Source: Felis catus (Eukaryota). From it: a stretch of 64,000 bases of DNA. Below are positions 11,945 to 24,135 of this stretch, piece after piece; within the stretch, counting starts at the first letter, position 1; each line of letters opens with the position of its first letter. A program made the position numbers and the translations under genes. The stretch spans positions 193,628,001-193,692,000 of the forward strand of contig NC_058368.1 of assembly GCF_018350175.1 (NCBI RefSeq), read 5' to 3'. Below the pieces are notes generated by a model. The model worked only from the letters and a program-made list of their open reading frames with translations. It searched no databases and was not told the DNA's origin.

Positions 11945-12486
11945 ACTACTAGATGTCTATGCTGTGTAACAAATTACCCCCAAATGCAGTGGTTTAAAAC
12001 AATCACTATGTATCTTCTTAGATTGTTTCTGAGGGTCAGGAATCCAGGAGCAGCATAGCTGGGTGTTTCTGGCTCTGGGTCTTTCAGTAAGTTTCAGATA
12101 AAATGTTGGCTGTGACTACAGTCATCTGAAGGCTTGGCTGGCAATGGAGAATCTGCTTCCAAAATAGCTCATTCACGTGGCTTTTGGCAAGAGGACTCCA
12201 TTCTTCACTATGTAGACCTCTCTATAGGGCTTCTTGTGTATCCTCACGACATAGCAGCTGATTTTCCCTAGAGAGACAGTCAAAGAGAAAAAAATGGAAA
12301 CTGCAATGACTTTTATGAACTAGTCATGGGAGCCACTTTCTGTCATTTCTGTAATATTGTATTGGATACATAAGTTTGCCTTATTCAGTGTGGCAGGTGG
12401 TTATACAAGGGCATAAATAAGGCATAATACAAGGGCATAAAAGAGGCAGGGATCATTGGGGGTCATCTTGGAGGCTGGCTCCCATA
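11945..12486 (-). mobile_element. MaLR LTR (MLT1F-like)
   Basis: 'gctgtgtaacaaattaccccc...gggtcaggaatccagg...gggatcattgggggtcatcttggaggctggct'. Confidence 0.85.
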
Positions 12487-12883
12487 GGCTATCACTTGGA
12501 AGAGAACTTTAGATAGGTCTATAGATTCACAGGAAAAGTTGGCCATCAAGGGAGCTTCCAGCAGAGTTTTGACTCCATATAAATGAAGTCAGTAATGTAC
12601 AGGGATGACCCCAAAGCAAAACAAAAACAAACAAAAGCATAATAAAAAATCAAAACTACATTGGCATGTAACGTGTTCCCTATAACGCTGAAAGGAATAA
12701 CAGAGATTGCTATTTTAAGTGATATTAAAGAAAGAATCTTAACTTTGCATGGGCTATAAAAGAAGGGGTTGTAGCTGTGGATGTCTTCTGGGATTTCTTT
12801 TATTCCTAAAATGTTGTGATCTGACAGCAGTCTGCAGATAAACCTTTCTTCATTTAACTCCTCTAATGCATTTTAGCCAATCT

Positions 12884-13241
12884 TGTGAAACACTGCCCAT
12901 ATCCCCTTGGCCTGCTCTGGGGGTTACTGATAGATAATGTCTATATATAATTCCTGTATCTCTCTACCTGAGGTTGTTTCTGGCCAAGAAAAACCCTCGA
13001 CTGATGAAGGACAGGAGTTATAAGTACCCAGCTTCCCTGCTCTCTGGTGGGATAATTCTAAGCCATGGATCCACAAGGTCCCACAGCAATATCCCTGTAG
13101 TTAACAAATCAATTACTCACTTATATTCCTTCTCTATCTCACTCCTCCACTCCTTATAGTGCTTCCTGGAATCACTAACACATTAGAGCTCTCCATGTCC
13201 AAGTTCTTCTGTAGGGCTCTTTTTAGGAGAACTTTAAGACA
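12884..13241 (+). mobile_element. ERVL LTR (LTR16-like)
   Basis: 'actgcccatatccccttggcc...gggataattct...tctcactcctccactcc...gcttcctggaatcac...taagaca'. Confidence 0.7.
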
Positions 13242-14278
13242 CCCCTCCATTCAAAATCTTACAACTGAACACTTTTGCATAGTTCTGGTTATTTTGATAT
13301 ATATGCACTCAACATATAAACCTCCTACTCTTGAGCAACATATTTTATGTTTTTTTTGTTTCCTCAAATCTCAGTTATATGCTCCAACTCAAATATGGAG
13401 GAGGAATCCCAGAATTGTTGGTAACTTAGAAGTGCATACCGGCACTGGATTAGGAATCACAAGACCTGGTTTTTAGCACTTCTGTTTTTTTAAATTTTTT
13501 TCTAACCATGTGATCTTCTGTAAGTCACTTGACCTCCCTTGGTATCAGTTTGCTCACATTTAATTAAACGTTGATCTAAATAAGTGTTCCTTAAACATTT
13601 TGAGCCCTTTAAAAAATACCAGTACAAGTTTTATACCCTCTTCTCTGGAGAAAAACTAATGTAACCAATATTTACACGTGAATGTAAATGAATCTGCATA
13701 ATCTTGGTTATTAATGAGGCCACTGAGGCCTATCCATGGCATCCAGGTAGAGCCCTCTGGCTCCCCAGTTATGTTCTGTTGGTCTAGATGCTCTTTAACT
13801 TCCCTATAAATTTCAACACTTTATGATTCAATGAGTCATTGATTAAAGGTATAATAATTTCTTCTAGACTGCTGTTTCTCAATAAAGCAAACTTCCATCT
13901 AAAATTCAGCTACTTTATTAAAACTGACATTAGATTCAATAGCCAATCTATTGGAAATTTAGGCTTGTTCTCCCGTATAGTGTAGCATCCCTGGAAAATA
14001 GGGAACATTTATTACAGGGAGATACAAACAGAAGTGTATCTCAGGCCAAGTCCATATCAACAGGTGGTATTTTTTTTAAGCCAATGGACTACTTTCAGAA
14101 AACATGATTTTCTAAAATAAACTTCTTCACCCACCAAACTGCTCAAAGGGAAGAGGAGGCCAGGAAATGCAATCTCACTTCCCAGGAGTAGAAATCTCTC
14201 TGTACCACTTCCATCAAGACTTGCCGAAGTCTCCTCTCTGCTATCACAGAGAAAATGATCTTAAATGTGCGCCTGGGT

Positions 14279-14497
14279 GGGGTGCCTGGGTGGCTCAGTC
14301 AGTTAAGCTTCCAACTTCGGCTCAGGTCAGGATCTCATGGTTTGTGAGTTCGAGCCCATGTCGAGGCCTGTGCTGACAGCTCAGAGCCTGGAGCCTGCTT
14401 TGGATTCTGTGTCTCCCTCTCTCTCTGCCCCTCCCCCACTTGCATTCTGTCTCTGTCTGTCTCTCAAAAATGAATAAGCGTTAGAAAATTTTTTTAA
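14279..14497 (+). mobile_element. Can-SINE (SINEC)
   Basis: 'ggggtgcctgggtggctcagtcagttaag'...; degenerate TSD aaatgtgcgcct / aaatctgggcct. Confidence 0.95.
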
Positions 14498-15164
14498 AAA
14501 TCTGGGCCTAGAATAGTATAGGAGGGAAGAGTGTCTCAAGCCTTGTAAGATACCCCATTTCAAGTGCTACATGGCTGTCTCCATAGTCACTAGCTTTGGT
14601 CCAGTTTTCTTGTTGGCTACTGTAAATGAGCACATCTGAGTTGTAGCGTTTATTGTAATTGGGTCTCTGGAAGAGGTTATAACCAATCCTCTGGACCACT
14701 CAGAGTCTCAGCTAAGGACATAAAAGCCATTTCCTTTCTTTTCTCACATTATTATTTAGGCCACTCCTTCTCTTTGGTGCCCCCAGAAGAAGTATTAATC
14801 CAAATTCTTATGCAACTGACCTGCACAGCCTCAGAGGATGAAAACCTAGTTTCAGAGCTTTAGAAAGATACTTAGCAAAAATCTAGCCATGGATCTTTGT
14901 TTCCTCTAGGCTTACATATTTGCTACTCATCTTAAGCGGTGTCTAAATATGTAATCTGAATTGACTAAAAACAAACCAAGTTTGAATTTATGCAAACAAA
15001 GATGTGGTAGTAATTGTTACTAAGGAGTTGTCTTTCAAGAACTGGTTTATTTCTGCTAAGGGATGAAGATTTCAATACGTAGCATTGGCTTAAACTTTCA
15101 GAATAACATATGGCCACTTGTTTGGCTTACTTGTTTCAACTGGGGATGATAAACGTAAGATCAG

Positions 15165-15375
15165 AACAGCATAGAGGTTCTGACCATGTATTTAGAGACA
15201 AGTAAACCTGAAGTTAAATGCTTGGTTTATAGACATCAGATATGTGACCTTGGATGAGTCACCTAACATCCATGAATCTCCGTTTTCTCATCTGGGAAGA
15301 CTTTTTACCTTGCAAGGTTGAGGAAAAATTAAACCAGATAATGTATGTAACATCCTCACCAGTGCCTGAAGCATA
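15165..15375 (+). mobile_element. MIR SINE
   Basis: 'tgtgaccttggatgagtcacctaac...ttttctcatctg'. Confidence 0.8.
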
Positions 15376-15380
15376 TTTTA

Positions 15381-15665
15381 ATATATATGTATATACACTA
15401 AATATAAATACTAAATATATATATAATATATATATATTAAAATAGATATATATGTGTGTGTATATATATATTATATATATATTTATATTTATATATATAT
15501 TTATATTTATATATATATATATAATGCAGTAAATCAAGTTCCCAAGAAGATGTAATATATATAAAATGTTATATATATATAAGAAGATGTTATAACATAT
15601 ATAAGAAGAAGATGTTATATATATATATATTTAATGCAGTAAATCAAGTTCCCAAGAAGAAGATG
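15381..15665. repeat. (TA)-rich low-complexity tract with a duplicated 29-mer
   Basis: taatgcagtaaatcaagttcccaagaaga at 15522-15550 and 15632-15660. Confidence 0.92.
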
Positions 15666-16259
15666 TAACAAAGTGCTTATTTCCACTTTGGCTGAGATCT
15701 GGCCCTGGACGGATGATTTAGGGGTTCATCTGCTCTAGATGAGGCTGAACATATTGTGTATAGAGCAGGGACAAGCAGAAGACAAAAACAGGTGTTGGCA
15801 ACTACTCTACTAAAGCAAAGAAATACTGGAACATATAGTGTACAACTAGAGTAGCTTAAAAGGAACCCTTAAAAAATAAACAGAACTAGAGCAATACCGG
15901 GCACAGGCAGTTCTGTTGCACAGAGCCCTACCTCAAGCACAGAGGACATTAGGTTTAAATATGGACCAGCAGATCCCCTCTTACCAGTGGGATCCTAGGT
16001 AAGAATTGCTGTGGGGGGGCCTTAGCATGGTGCTACCAGGTAATCATCTGTCTGAGGTTTCATGTGAGACTTCTGAGTTGAGCCAGATACTACTTTATCT
16101 GTGAAATCCACTGTCCTGCATTCCTCCACCTGGAGCTTCTTGCTTTCATCTCTCTGCTCACAAAAACATTCTACACTACTCATCCCAGTGGATTTCAGGT
16201 CTATTTACACAAACATTATCTCCCTTAGACCGTAAATGACAGGATCAGTGATCCTGCTT

Positions 16260-16741
16260 GTTTTATTCACCTCCTCTTCACCATATTGGTGAGGGAAGGA
16301 TTCCCACCCAAGGGTTGTAGGGATGATGGCACATATGACATCTGACACCAGACAGATAGGATCAGCAGCCTATCAGTCCCACGCGTTCCCTGTCTGGTGA
16401 AGGATGTGGCGCGTGCCTTGCAGGGCCAGGTAGGGGTCGTGCACAGGAGCAGAGTGAACAACTGGGGATGAAATCTGAGAGATTTTCTAGTATAAGAGGG
16501 TGGAATGCCCCTGGGGCTTCTGGGAGAGATTGTGATTGGCTTGTTTGAGTCACTGAGGAACTGAAACTTGCTGATTATGAGGAATCAACAGGAATGGTGC
16601 TTGGTCACCTTGATAAGGAGGGTCATTTGTCTAGGGTCACTTGCCTAGGGGAGATTGGTGTTTAGGACACTTGAGGCCCTCCTGGCTTTACTGGATGTCA
16701 AGGCAGCGAATAATTTTGAACCTTAATTTCAGGCCTTACCT
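16260..16741 (-). mobile_element. ERVL solo LTR (MER73/MER74 group)
   Basis: 'tgttttattcacctcctcttcacc...gattggcttgtttga...ccttgataaggaggg...gatgtcaaggcagc...ccttaatttcaggcctta'. Confidence 0.75.
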
Positions 16742-16899
16742 CCTGCTTGTCTCCCTTCAGATTCCCAGAAACTGACATTCTGGCTGACTCAATAAATAAG
16801 TAAGCAGAGTATATACCTTGGTGTTAACTGGGCAAATGGAATACACGGTGGTGATGACGGTGACAGGAGCAACATCCTTATATCATTAATCACCATCAC

Positions 16900-17130
16900 T
16901 GCCACTCCCGTAGGGGATTTGCCATGTGCCAGGCACTATGCTTTTCTCATAGCAGTTACTGGCTCATTCAGTCTTTACAACCACTCCTGGGTGTAGAGAT
17001 AGGCATTACTAGCCTCATTTTATAGGCAACAAAACAGACTGAGACGGTAAATGACTTGCCCATGTCATATAGCTAGTAAGTGATAGAACGAGGTTTTGAA
17101 TCCAGTTCTATATACCCCAAAGCCCAATAT
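16900..17130 (-). mobile_element. MIR SINE
   Basis: 'tgtgccaggcactatgc...ctcattttatag...aaatgacttgcccatgtcatatagctagtaag'. Confidence 0.85.
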
Positions 17131-17230
17131 TGTAAAAATTTTTGAAGAAAATGATTTTTCTTGTGTAATGAATGAATACCCTAAGGGTAAAACTTTACTA
17201 TCATCCAATGGGCAATACACAGAATCATGA

Positions 17231-17773
17231 TTGGAACCCAGGTTCTTGATAAGGACCCCAGTGGCCAGTTATGCCATAATTAATCATTCTGTCCTACCAT
17301 TTGGGACAATAAAAGAGCATGAGTGTTCTGGTTTCCACTCATCTGGCAGCACAGAGGTATATCGGATACCTATAGATGAGGTGCCTATGGGCATGGATGA
17401 ATATGAAGGTGAGGTCCAAATACCTGAAATACAACTGATGGCACAGGATGAAGGTGGCAACAAGCACATTTAAGCTGATCTAAAGAATCTAGGAATCAGC
17501 ATAATATCAGCCACACAAATGGGTATCTTAGAAGAGTCAAAGGCCCTAGGCAAGGCAAAGAACAGAACTCTTGAAATGATTGGTGATGCTGATGATGCTA
17601 TCTTAGCCAGCAAAAAGCCAGGGAACCTGAATCTAGACAAGTTTTATGGGTTTTGAGGATCAGAAATAAATCCCAGCATAGCTTACCTATGGAATCAGGT
17701 TGAGGTGGTGAACGATGACAGCCAAAGAACAGAGACAACTCCAGAAGAACAGAACCTGGCAATATTTCTAAGC
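17231..17773 (+). pseudogene. Unidentified decayed intronless ORF (candidate EVE or retrocopy)
   Basis: One frame of about 180 codons with only two stops; joins ORFs 17231..17473 and 17705..17896 in frame. Non-repetitive, with protein-like composition. Confidence 0.45.
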
Positions 17774-17774
17774 T

Positions 17775-17980
17775 CGTGTTGCATGAAACATGATCTCCAA
17801 CACCTACTTCGGGATCATCTGGGATCATGTCAGAAATGTAGACCCCTGGTACCCTTACCAATCCCGCTAAATCAGATTCTCTTGGAAGTTACTTAGGGTC
17901 AGGAATCCAGTTACAGAGAATCAGTATTTTATTAAGCTCTCCAAGTGGTTCTCTTGCACATTGAATTTTGAGAACCACTG
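17775..17980 (+). mobile_element. MER5A-like hAT MITE
   Basis: 'aaatcagattctc...aagctctccaagtggttct...tttgagaaccactg'. Confidence 0.7.
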
Positions 17981-18179
17981 CCCGAGGTGTATCCTGGGGG
18001 AAGAGAATGTGCCCTAGGCATATCTAGGAGGTGAAAAGCTTTTCCTAGGGCTCCAGCTACTTATTCCCTACAATAGTATAATTGACTTAGATGTCTCAGT
18101 ACTATGTACTATGGTGGTCAGTAACCTCAGAAACTTTGTTGTCTTTTACCATTCTACCCTCCCTATTTTCAGTCTTCTT

Positions 18180-18192
18180 TCTCCCTCCTTTC

Positions 18193-18223
<31 letters not shown>

Positions 18224-18241
18224 TCCTCCTCCCTTGCTCGC

Positions 18242-18284
<43 letters not shown>

Positions 18285-18330
18285 GTTCCTCACTGCTTCC
18301 CTACTTTCTTTCTTTCCTTTTTTTTATTTC
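18180..18330. repeat. (CT)n/(CTTT)n tract
   Basis: Seen directly. Confidence 0.95.
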
Positions 18331-18334
18331 TCTA

Positions 18335-18720
18335 GATATTTATTAGTATCCACTATGTGCAGGCATTGTATTAACTAATATGAAAGATAAAATATGTCAT
18401 TTATTGGTTCTTACATTGTAGGAACTTACAATCTACATAGGGACATAATACTAAGACATCACTAGATAGGATTCAAGGTGAACAATTCCCAGAGCCCCAA
18501 GGGAAATGCATATGAAGCCCCTTAAACAGTAGAGAATAAAAGAATCCCAACTGCATGGGACAAGATAAATGTAGAATCAAGGAAGTCTTCCTAGAAGAGG
18601 GGCACTTGAGAGAATCCTTAAATATAGGCGGGCTTTGGATATGGGGATAGGGGCATCCAGAGTAGAAGAAACAAAGGCAGAGAACCTGGAGAGTGGGGGC
18701 CATATAGGACCCATTCTGCT
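18335..18720 (-). mobile_element. L2 fragment
   Basis: 'atttattagtatccactatgtgcaggcattgt...aatcaaggaagtcttcctagaagagg'. Confidence 0.7.
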
Positions 18721-20547
18721 TGGCTCTAGTAGGAATATTGAGGGGAAATAGCAGAGCCTTGGGTGAAAAAGGTTGACTCTTCCAAATGTTCCCTAATATT
18801 CAAAGCTAATCTATCTCATGCATTGCCCTAAAATGTCCCAGAGTTTGTTCAATAATACTCCACTGAGAAGAAAAAAGAAATATAGAAAAACTGTCCAATA
18901 TTTATTAATCTGAGGTGGAGAGATTGTGCTGTGCTGAGCTTTAGCAAATTAAAAAAAATGGTTGGAGGAAAGAGTAGCAATGACATTTACATTAGTTGTA
19001 GCTAATGTGCATTGATTGGATTAAAATATGACATTATGAATGAAAAAAAGAAAAGGGCTCTGTTGGAAAATGAAATGCCATTGCTTTCAGGGAGGGGATG
19101 GGAAATAAAGTAAGCAGCCTGGATTCTATTTTGCCTGAATACCCTGGGTTTAGTGGGAGAAGAGTCATTGATTTAAGCTCTTTCTCTGAAAATGCATTAA
19201 TAAAACACAGTTTTAAAGTTAAATAGAACCCATCTGGGACTTTTTTCCCAAGGATGTATTATTTGTGCATGTATAATGCATACATCTGCAATGCTCACCT
19301 CAATTAGTTTTAAAAGTACAGTTTCTATGCAAAACAATTTATCCATTGCACTGCACAATTGAAAAATGTCTGCTTGTTTGTACAAGAAGCCACTTTCTGT
19401 GAATCAATGCAGGTAATAAATTACAATCACTGTCACTTTCAGAGCTACAAGGCTTGATCCCAACATATGTTAGGGATGCAGCTGAACTGAATGTCATTGT
19501 TTTGGGGCTGGCCATTGGCTGACTAAAGAACCCCAGGTGTTATATGGGACTGAGAGATTCTTCTGTTGGTGGGCTCAGCCTGCTGTAGGGAAGCTGCTAA
19601 ATTCTGGGTTTGTAGCTCCAAATGAAAAAATGTCCCGATCATAAAAATCTTGCAATCAGGTGATAAATACACATGCTCTCCACACTAGGTAAACATTTTC
19701 CTGAGCTGGAGACTCAGATAAACATAAATGGTAAAAAGGAAACCTGCTTGAATGTTTTTCTTCTTCCTAATTATGTAAATATGTATTACTTGCTCCCTTT
19801 TTTCTTCTGGACTGCTGGCAGCTCCTATACTTGAGAAGGTATGTTTTATTCAGGAGAATAAAACAGGCAGGGACCTGAGACTTTGGTGAATAACAAATTG
19901 ATTTTGACTTGGCCTTTTAGCTCATTATGAATCTTTAAAATGGTGAAATGTGCTTCTTTTTCCTCTCTGCTGAACTCCCAGTCATATGTTGGAGTGATAG
20001 AGTTGGAAGTAGGAGGTTCAATATCCATTGGAAAATCTGGGATTGAAAGGAAATCTTGAACTTTGATTCAGAGGATGTAGATGTTGTGCTTCTGTCCACC
20101 ATTTATTCCATCCACCCACCTATCCATTTGCCCTTTCTTTGTAATGGTTGAGACCCTGGGTTTTGGAGCCAACCAGCCAGCTAGCCAGTCAAAATTCAAA
20201 GCCTGACTCTGCCACTTAAGATCAGTGATAATAACCAGCCACCTTGGAGGCTCACCGTTCTCATCTGTAAAATGAGCAAAATAAGTATCCTTTTAGGTTT
20301 TGAGAAATAAATCAGATATGTATGTAAAGAACTTAAACTTTGTGCAGTGGTTGGCACTTTCAGTAAATGGTATCATTAACTCAACTGATACTTATTAATA
20401 ATCTATTCTCTACCACATACTAGACTGTTTATGTAAATCTGATGGAAAGCTATCACTCAGGAGCTTTGTAGTTTGATAGGGGAGATAAGATGTGTATGCG
20501 TGTGGCTTTAGAATAAGGTTGGAAATGATATATTAAGAAATTATCAG

Positions 20548-20760
20548 TCAGTTAAATGTCCAACTTCAGCTCAGATCATGATTTCATGGTTCGTGAGTTT
20601 GAGCCCCAGGTCGGGCTCTGTGCTGACAACTCAGAGCCTGGAGCCTGCTTCGAATTCTGTGACTCCCTCTCTCTCTGCTCCTCCCCTGCTCACACTCTAT
20701 TTCTCTCTCTCTCTCTCTCTCTCAAAAAATAATCATTAAAAAAATAAAAAAGAAATAAAA
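20548..20760 (+). mobile_element. Can-SINE, 5'-truncated
   Basis: Lacks the ggggcgcctgggtggc head; perfect 13-bp TSD aagaaattatcag (20535-20547 / 20761-20773). Confidence 0.95.
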
Positions 20761-21086
20761 AAGAAATTATCAGATGTAGGGCCACGTTAGTTCAGAAGGA
20801 GTTGACCTTTTCTCCCACTGTGGGGAAAGGGTGATGCTCTGTGGAAAGCAGGTGACTGGAGCTGGATTTAGAGGATGTGTAGGGTTCACAGTGGAATATA
20901 TTAGCAGGGAAAGGACTGTAGCTTGTATTGGCTACCTATCATAAGTCTGCTACTCTAGTAGAACTCCGTATACATTATTTTACTGAATCCTCACTACAAT
21001 TTATACAATGGCTGGGTATATACTATAGTGATTGATAATATCATGCTATCTTGCTGCAGCTTAGAAACATAAAATTACATATCCAA

Positions 21087-21214
21087 GGGGCGCCTGGGTG
21101 GCTCAGTCAGTTAAACATCTGACTCTGGCTCAGGTCATTATCTTGCGGTTCATGAGTTCAAGCCCCACGTTGGGTTCTGTGCTGACAGTTTGGAGCCTGG
21201 GAGCCTGCTTCAGA

Positions 21215-21260
<46 letters not shown>

Positions 21261-21294
21261 GTTCCTCCCCTGTTCCTGCCCCGCTTGCACCCTG

Positions 21295-21330
<36 letters not shown>

Positions 21331-21352
21331 AAAAATAAATAAAAATTTAAAA
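21087..21352 (+). mobile_element. Can-SINE (SINEC)
   Basis: Full head; TSD aaaattacatatccaa / aaaattacatacccaa. Confidence 0.96.
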
Positions 21353-22040
21353 AAAATTACATACCCAAGATTTAAAACCTGGTTACCTACTTGGTTACAT
21401 AAAGATAGTGATAGCATCTACCTCAAAAAATGTCTGTGTTGATTAGATACATCAGAGGTATCTCTGGTAATACATCAGAGCATCTAGCACAGTGGAAGCA
21501 TATAAATAGTAGCTAGAGAATTGTTTGGGGAATGAAGGCATTAATGATAATTATGAAGCTGATAATGATGTGGTAAGGTCGCAAATCCAGTTCAGTTTTG
21601 TCTGACTTTGGACACTATCTACTTTCCATGGCTTTTGAAAATGGAGAAAACTATGAAGAAATTGATTGAGGGGCCTCTCACGTAAATTGGTGGAGGAAAT
21701 ACTTCTTATTACAGGGATGTCTAGATCTGCTCTGGGCAGAGGTCCCAAATATCAGTGATAGGAAATACCTCAGAGATTGTCCAACTTTATCATTTTCAGA
21801 GGGGAATGTGAGGTTGGTGGGAGGGGGGGAGATTAAGTCACTCTCCTAAGGTAACACAGCTAGTTAGAAGCAGATCTTAGTTAAGACCATAGCCTTGAGT
21901 CCTAAACCTACAGAAAGGCTTCTCCTAAACTATAGATTATTAGGGTCCTCCTTCTCCCAACTAATTGTTTCTCTAACACTATGTTTGCTGTCCAACAGAA
22001 GGAGAAGAATCCATGAATGTGAGCCACATAGGTAATTTTA

Positions 22041-22248
22041 TTTTATTAAAAAAATTTTATTTTATTTTTATTGAGAGAGAGCGAGTGAGCACACAAGCAG
22101 GGGAGAGGAATAGAGAGAGAGAAATAATCCCAAGCAGGCTCCATGCTCTGGGTGGAGCCTGACATGGGGCTTGATCCCAGGACCCTAAGATGATGACCTG
22201 AGCCAAAACCAAGTCAAACACTTAACCAGCTGAGCCACCCAAATGCTT
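22041..22248 (-). mobile_element. Can-SINE in MER33
   Basis: 17-bp perfect TSD ccacataggtaatttta (22024-22040 / 22249-22265). Confidence 0.95.
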
Positions 22249-22282
22249 CCACATAGGTAATTTTAAAGAGTAAAAGGTAATA

Positions 22283-22445
22283 GGGGTGCCTGGGTGGCTC
22301 AAGTGGTTAAGTATTCAATTCTAGATCTCAGCTCAGGTCATGATCTCACAGTTTGTGGGTTCGAGCCCAGCATCAGGCTCTGTGCTGACAGTGCGAAGCT
22401 TGTTTGGGATTCTCTCCCTCCAAAAATAAACAAATAAATTAAAAA
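22283..22445 (+). mobile_element. Can-SINE in MER33 (short CT region)
   Basis: Head ggggtgcctgggtggctc; TSD aaagagtaaaaggtaata / aaaaagtaaaaagtaata. Confidence 0.93.
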
Positions 22446-23884
22446 AAAAGTAAAAAGTAATAGGTGAAACTTATTTTAATATATATTTTATTTAGCTCAA
22501 TATACCCCAAATATTATCAAGGTATTAATACAAATTATTGAGATTAATTTGATATTTGGTATTTCTTTTTTCCATGGTAAGCCTTCAAAATCTGGGGTAT
22601 ATTTCATAATTATAGCACATCTCAATTTGGACTGGCCACATTTCAAGTGTTTAGTGCTACATGTGACCAGGAGGCTCAACTTCACAGCATGGCGCTAATG
22701 CAATTTACCCATGTGACAGGGCTTTCAACCTATGGAAACTTCTGGTCTTTAGAAGGAGTTTCTTCTTATTGACCTGCAATCTGATCCCATATAACATACC
22801 CACATTTTGCTCAATTCCACCTCTCGGAGCCACATTGAACAATGCTTGTTTCTCTTCTAAGGTCCAGCACTTCAGAGGGTGTGTGTGTGGCTCAAATGAA
22901 TCGTTTCACTACAACACTCTTAGTTCCTTCAGTCATTTCTCAAGGTCAGGGCTTTGGACCCCTTCTTCATTCTATGCTCTGCTCTGAATGTACTTTGTTT
23001 GTCTCCAGGCAGGCCTGGCCAATACAGATAGGTGTATCATTCCTTCAATTTAAATATTCAATTTCTTCTAATGCCCATTTAAAAGAATTAACTTTTCTCT
23101 TTGTCAGCCTCATCACGTTGTTTATATGGCATTTATTGCCTATTCAATCTCCCTAAGTATGTTCACATGGGCTATTTCTAGGCTCTGGATCTCCCACCTT
23201 CTATTTATGCCATCAGCATTTGGACTCTAGGATGGGACTTTACATTTATTTGTTTCATTTCATCCAGCTATATTAAGCTCACAATTCTGACATATTGAGA
23301 TATGAGGATGTTGCTTCTATCATTCTGTGAATTCTCTATCTTTTTCTGCCTGGCATTCTGAAGTGTGATAAGCACACCTCCTATAGCATCCTCCAAAGAC
23401 TTACTTAATATGCTACTTGGGGGCAGGAGCTGGTCCAAGAAGTTTGTTTTTATGGTTTGTATCTTCATATTTCCTTCAAGCCTACCCTCTTATCTCTTTG
23501 GTTCCCTGTGGCTCTAATGCAATTTATCCACGTGACAGGGCTTTCAATCTACTGTCTACTCTCTGATGAGCAATGGAGTTGAAGACCAAGATTGTTGAGA
23601 CAAGACTATGCATCCAGCACCACAGGAATAATCCTATTGGTGACTTCTTAACTGTTGAAACCCTCCTCCTCATAGCTCTGTTATCTATTTCCACCCACTG
23701 AGTTTTAACTTCCCTCCAGCTCGGCATCACACTGCCATGGTATATGCCCTTCTTCCATTTCTGGTATCTTACATGCCAAAGACCAACTCTCCATTCAAAC
23801 ATCCCATTCTTCAAGATTACTGAGTCCCTATTCAAATTCATTAAGATGATTGGGCTTATGCCTCTTTCTTTATAAACAATTATG

Positions 23885-24135
23885 AGACATTTAAACCTTG
23901 TAAAAGTGACATAGTATAATGAGCTTTGTGAACCTGTTTCATGTACCCAGAGCCAATCTTGTTCCATCTTACCTCTGTGTACTCTCCCCTCTATCATTTT
24001 GAAGCAAATCATAGATACCATGTTATTTTATACTTAAATATTTATGAATGTACTTATAAATAAAAGGACTATTTAAAAACACAACTAGAGTACCACACCC
24101 AAAAATGTTCATAGTCATTTCATACATCATTAAAC
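23885..24135 (-). mobile_element. L1MC-type 3' fragment
   Basis: 'gccaatcttgttccatctt...tcattttgaagcaaatc...aaatatttatgaatgtac...aaaggactatttaaaaacacaac'. Confidence 0.65.

Larger units (their letters stand above)
21985..22692 (+). mobile_element. MER33 (hAT-Charlie) interrupted by two SINEs
   Basis: 'gctgtccaacagaa...gagccacata...aggtgaaacttattttaat...gcacatctcaatttggactggccacatttcaagtg'. Confidence 0.85.

Noticed and set aside
16321..16341. Third copy of the 42-bp duplicated motif (gatggcacatatgacat)
   Set aside because: Only about 15 bp of similarity, inside an ERVL LTR; consistent with chance.
17231..17473. Paramyxovirus matrix-like identity (GSTE motif)
   Set aside because: A single four-residue match without flanking support; left unidentified.
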